NCBI GenBank assembly: GCA_016926175.1
Contig: JAFGPA010000031.1
Location: 7,075-71,074, forward strand
Origin: Candidatus Micrarchaeota archaeon
Lineage (GTDB): Archaea; Micrarchaeota; Micrarchaeia; Anstonellales; Bilamarchaeaceae
Length of the DNA: 64,000 nucleotides
Direction: 5' to 3'
The notes beneath the pieces are model-generated. The model did no database searches. It saw nothing but the letters and a program-made list of their open reading frames with translations, and was not told the DNA's origin. Within the stretch, counting starts at the first letter, position 1; each line of letters opens with the position of its first letter. The position numbers and the translations under genes are program-made. Of this stretch, positions 1-10,878 are shown piece after piece.

Positions 1-849
1 GTGAAGTTCCCTGGTTATTGGTCCTTTGCCCTTAGTTATCTTTCTTTTGTCAATTTCAGCAACAGGGGTAATTTCAGCAGCAGTCCCTGTCAAAAACACC
101 TCTTCTGCGGTGTAAAGTTCATCCCTTAGCAAAGGCCTTTCAACAACAGGAATCCCCATTTCTCTTGCAATTTCCATCACGCTTTCCCTGGTTATTCCTT
201 TCAGAACCTGCTCATAAACTGGCGGGGTAACAAGCACGCCATTTTCCACAATGAACAGGTTTTCAGCTGAACCTTCTGCAACCCTGCCCTGCCCATTAAG
301 CATTATTGCCTCGTCGTAGCCGGAATCAGTGGCTTCCTTCCTGGCAAGTATCGAGTTCATGTAATTTGCGCTTGCCTTGACATGGGGTGACAATATTTCA
401 GTATCAATCCTTTTCCAGCTTGAAAGCTTGCAGGAAATTCCGGTTTCGGATTTCTTTCCGTAATATTTGCCAAATGGAATGGTTATGACTGCAAGCTCAA
501 ACGGGGCTTCCCTTATGTCCAGCCCTATAGTTTTGTAGCCTACATAGCAGATTGGCCTGATGTAACAGCTCTTCAGGTTGTTTTTTCTTATCAGTTCTTT
601 TGTTATTTTGCATAGCTGATCCACTGAATAATCAAGTTCGAACTGATAAGTTTTTGCGCCGCCGGCGAGTCTTTCGTAATGGTCTTTCATCCTGAATACT
701 GCAGGTCCTGAAAGTGTATCATAGCATCTTATTCCTTCAAAAATAGCCGTTCCATAGTGCAGGGCATGTGTAAGGATATGCACTTTTGCATTTTCCCAGT
801 TTACATATCTTCCGTTCATCCATACCTTTTTTGCAGATTTTACTGTCAT
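1..849 (-). CDS. ilvE: Branched-chain amino acid aminotransferase (class IV), C-terminus off window
   Basis: Own translation of the minus strand from the ATG at 849. It is absent from the ORF track because it runs off the window at position 1. MTVKSAKKVWMNGRYVNWENAKVHILTHALHYGTAIFEGIRCY...KASANYMNSILA...GSAENLFIVENG...VFLTGTAAEITPV is a typical IlvE pattern. Confidence 0.85.
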   Translation of the reverse strand, partial: MTVKSAKKVWMNGRYVNWENAKVHILTHALHYGTAIFEGIRCYDTLSGPAVFRMKDHYERLAGGAKTYQFELDYSVDQLCKITKELIRKNNLKSCYIRPICYVGYKTIGLDIREAPFELAVITIPFGKYYGKKSETGISCKLSSWKRIDTEILSPHVKASANYMNSILARKEATDSGYDEAIMLNGQGRVAEGSAENLFIVENGVLVTPPVYEQVLKGITRESVMEIAREMGIPVVERPLLRDELYTAEEVFLTGTAAEITPVAEIDKRKITKGKGPITRELH

Positions 850-901
850 ATTTGTCTTGCTTGGGCATATTTTTTTAATCTTTTTATTCTTATTCCTGGC
901 C

Positions 902-1132
902 ATGGTAATTGTATACAGCACTACGCACTGTCCCTGGTGCGTGAAACTAAAGGATTTTTTAAAGCAGAATAACATTCAATTCGAAGAAAGGAATGCCAAC
1001 GAAAATCACGATTATGCAGCGGAACTGCAACAAAAAAGCGGAGGACTGGCCGTTCCCGTAACTGACGTTAACGGTAAAATAATCGTAGGATTCAACGTTC
1101 CTAAACTGAAAGAAGCCTTAAAGATTAACTAA
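902..1132 (+). CDS. Glutaredoxin/NrdH-like small redoxin (CPWC)
   Basis: ORF 857..1132, with the probable ATG at 902 (MVIVYSTTHCPWCVKLKDFL...GGLAVPVT...IVGF). It has a CPWC active site and the length of a thioredoxin fold. Confidence 0.75.
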   Translation: MVIVYSTTHCPWCVKLKDFLKQNNIQFEERNANENHDYAAELQQKSGGLAVPVTDVNGKIIVGFNVPKLKEALKIN

Positions 1133-1552
1133 TTCTTTTCGGCAGGCAGATTTTTTTAAAAGCTCCCTTTGCTGCAGGGCCTTATACAATCCGGATCCGC
1201 ATTCCTTAATTTTGTTTTTATCGCATTTTTTCCTATGAATTCTTTTGCATAATCCATTATCTGTTTACTTGCCATGCTCCTCCAGTTTCTCATTAGTTTT
1301 CTTTCTCTCATGAAAGGAAGGCTGTCAAGAAGATTGTTTGCCCGCAGATACCCCCGGAGGCAGCAGTTCACTATTTCAGGTCGGCCTTTGTGCAGTTTCC
1401 TATTCAGTGAATTATTCTCATTGCCCGGGCAAGTGCAGTTCTTTTTTCATTTGTTTCCAGGAGATCCCTCCCTTTATGTCAAATGGCATTTCAGTGAAAG
1501 GTTCCGCCAGCTTCGGCGTTGCCGCTGATCCATCTTTTTTTATAAACGTGAG

Positions 1553-3271
1553 CTATCCATAATAGTTTCCGGAATCCCGCTGTTCACTGTCAAGCTGGCT
1601 GCCGGGCTTGTTGATCCTGGGCCTTGCAGAATCCCTGTCTCTTCTCATTGTTATTCCTGCAACTTTCAGGAAGCTGTTCATGCCGCTTTTTTTATCCAAT
1701 GGCGCGGATGCATGGCCATTTACAGAACTCTCGCCGTCAAAAACAATCAGCCTGTTTGAAATGGCATCAATGAAAACAATGTCATGATCAACTACAAATG
1801 CGGATTTTTCGCTCTCGCTTATTGCCTTCCTTAGCAAAGCAGCGAATTCAAATCTCTGTTCAATGTCCAGGAATGCGCTTGGCTCATCAAAAAGATAGAT
1901 CTCTGCTTCCCTGCAAAGCGCCTTTGTCAGCTCTACCCTCTGTAACTGGCCGCCTGACAATTCCATCATGCTTTTATCGAACAATGGTCCTATATTCAGT
2001 TTTCTTTTGCAGTTTTCAAAAAGCGTTCCCCTGCAGTCAGAAAGATAATCTCCGACAGTTTTGTCCTGTGCAGTAATATACTGCGGTTTATAGGAGATTC
2101 TTAAGCTGGGTTTCCCCCCTCCATCTTCAACCCCCGCAAGCATTTTTACAAACAGGGATTTTCCAAGGGCATTTTTTCCTACAATTCCAAGAATCTCCCC
2201 TTTTTTTATTTCACCGGAACTGCTGGTAAAAGCAAATCCTTCAAACTGCTTGGCCATTTCACCATAGGCGAGCAGTTTAGGGGTTTTTACCGTACCTTCA
2301 GAATGCTTGGTGAATATTATCTCATAGTTCCTGAATTTGACATTTTCTTCCTTTAGGAACCCTGCAATATATTCATTGATCCCTGCACGGGTATTCTTAA
2401 GTCCGGAAACTACACCATAAACATTTTCGTCTCCATAGAAGAGATAGACATAATCGCTTACATAATCCAGGACTGTCAGATCATGCTCTGCCATTATCAC
2501 TTTTTTCTTTTCTGACAATTCCCTGAGCAGGACGCCCACCTTGAGCCTTTCCTCAATGTCAAGATAATTTGTTGCCTCATCGAAATAATAGACGTCTGCA
2601 TCCTTCATGTATGCTGTTGCGACTGCAACTTTCTGAAGTTCCCCTCCAGAAAGCTGCGAAATCCTCCTCTCAAGAATATTTCTGATCTCGAATTTTTCTG
2701 CCAGGAAATTTGCATTGCAGCCAACCTTCTCAAACAATTCCCTTACTGTGCCGTCAAATGCATCCCTTATCTTTTCGATATTCTGGGGTTTTGAGCTTAT
2801 CCTTATTTTGCTGTTGCTCTGGAAATATCTTCTTGTTTCCAGGGGCAGTTTTTCAAGCATCTCCTGTTCAGTGAGCTTTTTCTCAAAGATTGCAAAATTC
2901 GGATTGATCTGTCTTGACAGAAGCCTTATTGCAGTTGTTTTTCCTATCCCGTTTTTGCCCACCAGGGCAACACACCCCTCTTCAGGCAAAGGCAGGCCAT
3001 AGAGCCTGAAAGTGTTTATTCCGTACTGATAAACCGGATTTTCCAGTTCTCCGGCAAGATTCACAATACTGATGCACTGCACAGGACATTTTTTCACACA
3101 CAGGCCGCAGCCAATGCAGAGCGGCTCGGATATGACCGGGTATATGCCGTTTTCTTCAACTACTATGCATTCCTCGCCCATTCTGTTTGGCGGACATACC
3201 TTTATGCAAGCATAGCCGCATCTTTTTTCGATGCAGATATTCCGGTCTATAACTGCTACTCTTGTTGCCAT
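1553..3271 (-). CDS. abcE1: ABCE1 / RNase L inhibitor-type ribosome recycling ATPase
   Basis: 572 aa. The N-terminus has two 4Fe-4S ferredoxin motifs (CPPNRMGEEC..., CIGCGLCVKKCP). These are followed by two ABC cassettes (GKNGIGKTT, LSGGELQK, GKNALGKS, LSGGQLQR). Confidence 0.95.
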   Translation of the reverse strand: MATRVAVIDRNICIEKRCGYACIKVCPPNRMGEECIVVEENGIYPVISEPLCIGCGLCVKKCPVQCISIVNLAGELENPVYQYGINTFRLYGLPLPEEGCVALVGKNGIGKTTAIRLLSRQINPNFAIFEKKLTEQEMLEKLPLETRRYFQSNSKIRISSKPQNIEKIRDAFDGTVRELFEKVGCNANFLAEKFEIRNILERRISQLSGGELQKVAVATAYMKDADVYYFDEATNYLDIEERLKVGVLLRELSEKKKVIMAEHDLTVLDYVSDYVYLFYGDENVYGVVSGLKNTRAGINEYIAGFLKEENVKFRNYEIIFTKHSEGTVKTPKLLAYGEMAKQFEGFAFTSSSGEIKKGEILGIVGKNALGKSLFVKMLAGVEDGGGKPSLRISYKPQYITAQDKTVGDYLSDCRGTLFENCKRKLNIGPLFDKSMMELSGGQLQRVELTKALCREAEIYLFDEPSAFLDIEQRFEFAALLRKAISESEKSAFVVDHDIVFIDAISNRLIVFDGESSVNGHASAPLDKKSGMNSFLKVAGITMRRDRDSARPRINKPGSQLDSEQRDSGNYYG

Positions 3272-3299
3272 AGGATCGATAATTAGCTGTATGGTTATT

Positions 3300-4544
3300 T
3301 TATTTCTTTTCTTCTCTATTGTGGTTTTTCTTCAGTTGTTTTCCGTTGTTTTTTATTTCAATATCCTCCTTTTCAAAAAGAAAGACTCCTGCGGTTGCAA
3401 TGATGTTTGTAAGAAGTATTACTGTGAAAACATATTCCTGGAAGTTTATCAGCACTATTCCGCTGATTGCAGGCAATGTGGCTACAACTGCTGCTGCGAG
3501 TCCCCGTGGCATAACAGTAGTAACTATTTTAATGTCTCTGCGGCGCATTTCGCCGAGTATGAGTTTTGCTGTTCCGGCCCTTATAATCATTATTAAAACC
3601 ACAAGTCCAATGGAAACAACCATTACGTCCATGGTAAAGTAGTTGAGGGACATAAGCAAACCAACATAAACAAAGAAGAAAGTCCTTACGAAAAATATCA
3701 CTTCCTCCTGGAACAGCCTGTTTGTCCGGCTTAAAGGGTTTATCCATTCAACATTGACGAATTTTGCCAGTTTTCTGGCATTGCCCAGAACAAGCCCAAA
3801 GCAGAAAACAGCTATCCCTCCGCTTGCTCCGGCTTCCTCAGCAACTGCAAACAGGCCAAGCAAAAGAGCAATCATGAGCATGTAGGAATACATGTGGAGC
3901 TCGAATTTGTTCATGAAGAAAATCCAGATAAATCCCCCCAAAAGTCCGATTGCTATTGCATTGCTGAATGATGCCAGGAAAAGGCCGAATATTGCCTTGG
4001 GCATCAGATCTATATCGCTCGTTATTACCTGCATCAGTATGACTGCAGTGATTATGACCAGCGCATCAGTCAGGGTCGATTCAACTGTAAGAAGGGATTT
4101 GATGTCCTTTCTTATTTTGGCATTCTGGATCATTGAAATAACCACAGCCCCGCTCGGCCCTCCTATAATTGCTCCCAGAAGTGCCCCGTGCAGAATATCC
4201 CATCCAAGAAAAGCGGTGCAGAAAATGCTTATGGCAAGGGTTCCAACAATGAATGTCAAAAATGTATATAGTGTGCTTTTAGGTATTGAGCCGGCAAGCC
4301 GGAATATGTCGAATTCAATTCCTCCTTCAAACAAAAGAAAGATAAGGGCAACAGAAGCAATGAATGGCAGAATGGATACTATCAATGATTCTGCAGAAAC
4401 ATCCAGGAGCCCAAGAACAGGTCCGAGAAGAATTCCAAAAAGTATCAAAAATATGACATAAGATATTTTGGTTTTATCGAATATCTGGTTTGCTATGAAG
4501 CCAATGACGATTGTAATGCCTATTACGAGGAACTCTAGCGCCAT
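3300..4544 (-). CDS. Cation:proton antiporter (NhaP/CPA1-like)
   Basis: ORF 3300..4628. The likely start is the internal ATG at 4544 (MALEFLVIGITIVIGF...). The protein is polytopic, with an LLFEGGIEF motif and many TM helices. Confidence 0.8.
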   Translation of the reverse strand: MALEFLVIGITIVIGFIANQIFDKTKISYVIFLILFGILLGPVLGLLDVSAESLIVSILPFIASVALIFLLFEGGIEFDIFRLAGSIPKSTLYTFLTFIVGTLAISIFCTAFLGWDILHGALLGAIIGGPSGAVVISMIQNAKIRKDIKSLLTVESTLTDALVIITAVILMQVITSDIDLMPKAIFGLFLASFSNAIAIGLLGGFIWIFFMNKFELHMYSYMLMIALLLGLFAVAEEAGASGGIAVFCFGLVLGNARKLAKFVNVEWINPLSRTNRLFQEEVIFFVRTFFFVYVGLLMSLNYFTMDVMVVSIGLVVLIMIIRAGTAKLILGEMRRRDIKIVTTVMPRGLAAAVVATLPAISGIVLINFQEYVFTVILLTNIIATAGVFLFEKEDIEIKNNGKQLKKNHNREEKK

Positions 4545-4605
4545 GCAAAACAATCTTTGAGTAACTTTATAAAGAGTAGTTGTTTCAATTCTTCGAGGCT
4601 TAATT

Positions 4606-4839
4606 ATGGCAAAAGTATTGGTATACAAGGCAGAATGGTGTTCCTGGTGCCACAGGGTAACAGATTTCCTCAGGGAAAATGGTGTTGAATTTCAGGAAAA
4701 GGATGTTGACGATCCTGAAAATGCCAGGGAATCGATGGAACTGAGCGGCCAGGGCGGAATACCCGTAACTGTTATTGACGACGAAGTTGTAATTGGTTTT
4801 GATGTTGAAAAGTTCAGGAAGCTTTTGAATCTTAAGTGA
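4606..4839 (+). CDS. Glutaredoxin/NrdH-like small redoxin (CSWC)
   Basis: 77 aa: MAKVLVYKAEWCSWCHRVTDFL...GGIPVTVIDDEVVIGF. It resembles the protein at 902..1132. Confidence 0.8.
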   Translation: MAKVLVYKAEWCSWCHRVTDFLRENGVEFQEKDVDDPENARESMELSGQGGIPVTVIDDEVVIGFDVEKFRKLLNLK

Positions 4840-4854
4840 CCTGCACCGGGGATT

Positions 4855-5460
4855 ATGTTTGATATGTTGAAACAATCAGGTTCATTGAAAAAGTTTCAGG
4901 AAACTATGGGCGGCCTGCTTGCCGCAATTCCATTGTCTCCAAACCACTGGACCTTAATTTCATTACTGGTTGCTGTTCTAGCTGCATACACCATTGCAAC
5001 AACAGGCCTTGTTGCAGGTTTAATCCTCTTTGCAGTTGCTGCCTTGCTTGATTTTGTTGACGGTGCAGTTGCACGCGCAAGAAATGAAGTTACGAAATTA
5101 GGCGGCTTCCTAGATGGCGTTACTGACAGATTTGTGGAGGCACTGCTCCTTTTTTCATTAATGTTCTACCCTCTGCCTGAAATTTTCATTGATGCTAAAA
5201 TCTGGCTTGCAGGCGTTTTGTTTTTCGGGACATCAATGGTTTCATTTGTTAGGGCATATGCAGACCACAAGGAAGTGGTATCCAGAGAAAATGCACTGAA
5301 AATGGGAGGTTTATGCGAACGCCCTGAAAGGCTGATTATTCTGATCACCGGAATGATTGCAGGGATAGCCGTTTCAATGGATTATTTTGTCTATTCTATG
5401 ATCCTGGTAATAGCGCTTTCCATAATTACAATCATGCAAAGACTGTCTAAGGCTTTTTGA
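4855..5460 (+). CDS. CDP-alcohol phosphatidyltransferase family protein (archaeal phospholipid head-group synthase)
   Basis: LDFVDGAVARARNEVTKLGGFLDGVTDRF matches D-x2-D-G-x2-A-R-x8-G-x3-D-x3-D. The protein has multiple TM segments. Confidence 0.8.
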   Translation: MFDMLKQSGSLKKFQETMGGLLAAIPLSPNHWTLISLLVAVLAAYTIATTGLVAGLILFAVAALLDFVDGAVARARNEVTKLGGFLDGVTDRFVEALLLFSLMFYPLPEIFIDAKIWLAGVLFFGTSMVSFVRAYADHKEVVSRENALKMGGLCERPERLIILITGMIAGIAVSMDYFVYSMILVIALSIITIMQRLSKAF

Positions 5461-5944
5461 TATCTTTTTCAAGATCCTCAAGGAATTTTTGTATCTTGAA
5501 CCTGACATTTCCATATTTTTCTGAAAAAATGAAGTCTCTTGCCGGCCCCACAGCGGCACCAACCAAAAGCATTCCTGCAATTATCATCTGGAAATTATCT
5601 TTGATGCCGGATGGAAAATTCCTTAAGAAATCGGGTGGTGCTTTGATTGCAATATTTGCCACCATTGTTGCCAGAAGGGCACAGGCACCAACAAGCCCCC
5701 TTTTTTTTCTGTACTGATATCTGTTGGCAGTTCCCACGTCCGAATGTTCGTCTTCAAGAGTTTCACGGGCGTTTCCTATTGCTGTTAAAATCTCATCATT
5801 GTTTCCGTTCAGGTGTATAAGCTTTTTCTGGATTCCCTCAAGTGCATTGCCTGTCCTGAAAAGGCTGAATCTGTTTGCAGTCTCTATATTATCCCCGATT
5901 TTATCAAGCCTGCTTTTTTGTGGGCGGGCAACAACTGTTAACAT
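5447..5944 (-). CDS. Hypothetical protein with C-terminal TM segments
   Basis: 165-aa ORF filling the gap between flanking genes. I recognise no motif. Confidence 0.5.
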   Translation of the reverse strand: MLTVVARPQKSRLDKIGDNIETANRFSLFRTGNALEGIQKKLIHLNGNNDEILTAIGNARETLEDEHSDVGTANRYQYRKKRGLVGACALLATMVANIAIKAPPDFLRNFPSGIKDNFQMIIAGMLLVGAAVGPARDFIFSEKYGNVRFKIQKFLEDLEKDIKKP

Positions 5945-5983
5945 GTTTATAATAATAGTAAATTGTGTTTTTATAACTTGCTA

Positions 5984-6868
5984 TTATCCAAAGGTGAAAA
6001 CATATACCCTTGCCTTTCCCCTGAATACCAGGCCGAGATCACGTTCCCTGTATTTTTTGTCCCTGAAGACATTGTAGATCCCGGGTTTGTTTATGGCAAT
6101 TGCCTTCTTTTTCCTGTTGTCTATGAAGATGTCTGCCCGTACTGATTTGCCGAGAGGCACAATTACAATATTTACCTCCCTTGCATTAAAGCGGAAGGAT
6201 AGTTTTCCAGGGCTGTTTTTAAGTTCAATATATTCCTTTTCCTGCTCCCATCTTCCGTCAGGATAGATAATCCCTGGAACATGTTCGTTCCTGTCAACAT
6301 AATAATTGTATTTACTTCCGCTTATCAGGCCTGAACCAAGTCCCCTGTTTCTAAGGAAGCCAGCATATGTTTGCGGAGTCTGGTCAAACATGTAGTCAAG
6401 CAGATTTTCTTTTTCCTTTTTGCCTTGGATACCAAGCAATATCTGTATTGCATCTTCTGTGTCTTCATACATGCCTTCTCCAAAATGAACATACTCAATG
6501 TTACCTTCCTTGTCAATCAGGAATGTTGCAGGCCAGTAGCGGTTGTTGTAAAGGCTCCACATCCTCATTTTGTTGTCCATGCAGACGGGGTACTTTAGTC
6601 CCAGTTCCCTGACTGCTTTTTTAACAATGTCCTCTTTTTCCTCAAATGCGAATTCCGGTGAATGTATCCCTATTATTGCAAGGCCCTTTTTGTGATATTT
6701 CTGGTGCCATTTTTTGAGATAAGGCATTGTCCTATGGCAGTTGATGGAGCTTGAGGTCCAGAAATTTATCAAAATCACTTTTCCCTTGAGATCCTTAATC
6801 CTGACTGGCTTTGAATTTAGCCATTTTACATCTGCAAATTCAGGCGCCTTTATTTTGAAGCCGAACAT
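5984..6868 (-). CDS. Thioredoxin-fold (redoxin/DipZ C-terminal-like) protein with SxxC in place of CxxC
   Basis: 294 aa. VILINFWTSSSINCHRTMPYLKKW resembles the FWTYSCINC motif of DipZ-like thiol-disulfide proteins. A beta-rich C-terminal domain follows. Confidence 0.7.
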   Translation of the reverse strand: MFGFKIKAPEFADVKWLNSKPVRIKDLKGKVILINFWTSSSINCHRTMPYLKKWHQKYHKKGLAIIGIHSPEFAFEEKEDIVKKAVRELGLKYPVCMDNKMRMWSLYNNRYWPATFLIDKEGNIEYVHFGEGMYEDTEDAIQILLGIQGKKEKENLLDYMFDQTPQTYAGFLRNRGLGSGLISGSKYNYYVDRNEHVPGIIYPDGRWEQEKEYIELKNSPGKLSFRFNAREVNIVIVPLGKSVRADIFIDNRKKKAIAINKPGIYNVFRDKKYRERDLGLVFRGKARVYVFTFG

Positions 6869-7026
6869 AAGGATATAATCATATGAATATTTATGAAGAT
6901 TTAGGGTTCATGGTAATTCTGCTGTACTGCCTATCTCGCTGATGCTGTTTGTGGTTTTATTGCAGGCACGAGGCCGGTTAGAAAAGAAATTCCGGAACAT
7001 GACAGGCGTTGCATTCAAAGGAAAAT

Positions 7027-7647
7027 CTACCGCATTCTGTTTTTTGCCATTACTGCGATAGATGCGATTATTGTTATTGCACTGATAAGCGCTACTGCTC
7101 CGGGAACCGGAGACGGTTCTTCATCCGTTGCCCGGCTTATGTTTGCTCTTGCCAGACGATCCGGTACAGATTCCATATCCTCTTCTGATTCTGTTTTGTA
7201 GAAATCCCCCGCAGCCTCTGGAACTGCCTCTGCAGTTACCATTATTTTATCTGCAGCAAATTCCTCTTCAGATGCACCGGCGTTCTGCAACGTCTCAGTT
7301 GCAGCCATCTGGGCAGGAACCATCATTACGAAAAGCGATGCAATTAATGATACTATTGAAATGGAAAGCAGGATCATTACTTTTACTTCTCTGGGACCAA
7401 TAATCTCATTCCCTTTTTTTGTGAGCTCATAATATTTCCATTTGTGGCCATCGTCTATCTTTTCAATCAGCCCTGTTTTTTCCAGAACCTCAAGATGTTC
7501 CTTTATTCCTGATACTGACATGTTTTGTTCTTTGGCCAGTTCAGTAAGCGTTTTCCTTCTTTGTTTCAGGGATTTCAGGATTTTCACCCTGGTATCGACT
7601 GCCAGAGCCTCAAAGCTCTTTCTGTCAAGAACTATCCTGTCATCCAT
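7027..7647 (-). CDS. ArsR-family winged-HTH regulator with C-terminal membrane anchors
   Basis: FEALAVDTRVKILKSLKQRRKTLTELAKEQNMSVSGIKEHLEVLEKTGLIEK is an ArsR-type wHTH. Two hydrophobic segments follow. Confidence 0.75.
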   Translation of the reverse strand: MDDRIVLDRKSFEALAVDTRVKILKSLKQRRKTLTELAKEQNMSVSGIKEHLEVLEKTGLIEKIDDGHKWKYYELTKKGNEIIGPREVKVMILLSISIVSLIASLFVMMVPAQMAATETLQNAGASEEEFAADKIMVTAEAVPEAAGDFYKTESEEDMESVPDRLARANISRATDEEPSPVPGAVALISAITIIASIAVMAKNRMR

Positions 7648-7737
7648 GAAAAGCTATCGCCTTATTGTTTATAAATAATTTGCGTTATTTTTCGGTTTCA
7701 GCCTTATTTTCCTCCAGTCGGCCCGGGTTCCCGTTAG

Positions 7738-7746
7738 ATTTATAAA
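7738..7746 (+). promoter_or_regulatory. Candidate archaeal TATA box upstream of the 16S precursor
   Basis: ATTTATAAA lies about 100 nt upstream of the 5' processing-stem strand and about 190 nt upstream of the mature 16S 5' end. The call rests on position and sequence only. Confidence 0.3.
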
Positions 7747-7848
7747 CTGGTCTATCGTATATTAGTCTCACCGTTTTTTCGGTTTCAATTTTAGTTAATT
7801 GAGACTGTGTCTCGTCTTGAGACTTGAAATCTATTGCTTATAGATTCG

Positions 7849-7880
7849 ACTCACGCTTCAAGAGTAGATGTAAGTATAAC
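7849..7880 (+). other. 5' strand of the pre-16S processing stem
   Basis: ACTCACGCTTCA (7849-7860) and TAAGTATAAC (7871-7880) are exactly complementary to TGAAGCGTGAGT (9539-9550) and GTTATACTTA (9519-9528) downstream of the 16S gene. The helices are separated by unpaired nucleotides, as expected for a bulge-helix-bulge type site. Confidence 0.6.
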
Positions 7881-7930
7881 GTCGATTCCGAATAATAATT
7901 AACTTCAAAATTCGGTTCAGCAGAAGATCA

Positions 7931-9466
<1,536 letters not shown>

Positions 9467-9518
9467 AAATTTTGATAACACATCATCAAAATGATTGGAA
9501 TGCGTGTGCGAGAAAAAA

Positions 9519-9550
9519 GTTATACTTATAACTCTAAATGAAGCGTGAGT
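9519..9550 (+). other. 3' strand of the pre-16S processing stem
   Basis: Complement of 7849-7880 (see that feature). Confidence 0.6.
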
Positions 9551-9680
9551 TTCTTCTTCTTATCCTGATTTTTTCTTAGTTGTTAATCTCCATGAAGTGT
9601 TTAATAAAACTAAACAAGTTGTTCAATAAAACTAAACAATACTCAATATAATTAATGCCTTTCTGATCTGATTATTATCT

Positions 9681-10265
9681 GTGAAAACCAGGAAAAAAGA
9701 CCCCCGGCAGGATGCCGTGGACAGGATACTGAAAAGCAAATTCAATATGACTGATTCTGAACTGGAAAAAGTCAAACTTGTAGAAGGCATGATGGCTCTC
9801 AGCGGTCATAAAATAGAAATTGATTCTTTATTGCAGGGAATGAGGGAATTGCCCGAAGATGACGATTACCAGACAAATGCAATGGATGCTGCCAACCATG
9901 ATTTTACTCTTGTCGCAGTGAGGGCAATGATTGATGACCTGAAATGCCTGAATGATCTGCCGGAAGGCATTTCACCTGAAGTAAAGGCAAAATTCCTCGA
10001 ATCCCTGCATGACGAAAAAACAAAAACGGCAATAGAAAAACTAAGGGAATTTGCAGATGAGAATGAGCTTGATTTCGGTGCATTTTTGTTTTATGTAACC
10101 AACAACATTGTCTCAGCAGTTACTGTATTTTATAAGGATGACGGCTGGGGCGATTATGAAAAAAGAATTGCAGGGCATTTCAGGGAAGAGGAAATTCCTT
10201 TGCTTGAGCATGTCAATGAAATTTTTGCCCACCACCTTGAAAAGCTGAAAGCACCCACGAAGTAA
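9681..10265 (+). CDS. Hypothetical acidic protein
   Basis: 194-aa ORF with a GTG start in an otherwise empty interval. No recognisable motif. Confidence 0.55.
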   Translation: MKTRKKDPRQDAVDRILKSKFNMTDSELEKVKLVEGMMALSGHKIEIDSLLQGMRELPEDDDYQTNAMDAANHDFTLVAVRAMIDDLKCLNDLPEGISPEVKAKFLESLHDEKTKTAIEKLREFADENELDFGAFLFYVTNNIVSAVTVFYKDDGWGDYEKRIAGHFREEEIPLLEHVNEIFAHHLEKLKAPTK

Positions 10266-10324
10266 CATTTTTATTATCAAAGAAAAAAGATAAAGAAAAA
10301 AAAGAAATTTCCCAGCTATCCGTT

Positions 10325-10633
10325 TTACAGTAATACCTCTACATTTGGATCACTGAGCATTCTGTATACCGACATGTGCGATACGCCCATGACTTCGGCG
10401 ATTTTTCTCATTGAAAGCCTTTCAACGAAATAAAGATGCAATACCTCATGCATCCTTGCCTCGTGGCTGGCTTTTTTCGGACGTCCCCTGCGGACGTAGT
10501 CGGTCCTTTCCGGACCGGGAGGCTCCATTATTATTTCAGGTTCCGGAGCCTGAACCATACTGCTATTCACTAGTATCACCATTTGATTTGGGAAGCCTGA
10601 CGGCTTCCCTGATAATCCGTTATGAATTGCCAA
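10325..10633 (-). CDS. Small HTH DNA-binding protein with an AT-hook-like RRGRPKK
   Basis: The C-terminus LSMRKIAEVMGVSHMSVYRML is a classic helix-turn-helix, preceded by RRGRPKK. The start is uncertain; an internal ATG (MEPPGPER) is possible. Confidence 0.55.
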   Translation of the reverse strand: MAIHNGLSGKPSGFPNQMVILVNSSMVQAPEPEIIMEPPGPERTDYVRRGRPKKASHEARMHEVLHLYFVERLSMRKIAEVMGVSHMSVYRMLSDPNVEVLL

Positions 10634-10878
10634 TTAGATGGCGGTGTTTTTAATCCGAAGATCTTCCGCCGCGGGAGTTTCAAGTGTCACGGTTTTTTCA
10701 AACCCTGTTATTCCCGCTTAAATTATAGTTGCCTACAATAAAGGTATAGCCCAACCAATAGAACAAGTGCATTTTCCTTCCAAATCTGTTTATGCTTTCC
10801 ATGGTACTACACCTCCTTATCAGCTATTATCCTAATTTAGGGAAAAACTTATTTATAAATGTTTGTATCAGAAAAGCA

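Noticed and set aside
9467-9680. I looked for a tRNA-Ala or the start of a 23S rRNA in the 16S downstream spacer.
   Set aside because: There is only the processing-stem arm followed by AT-rich sequence. No acceptor or T-arm (GTTCRANY) pattern or 23S 5' consensus is visible.
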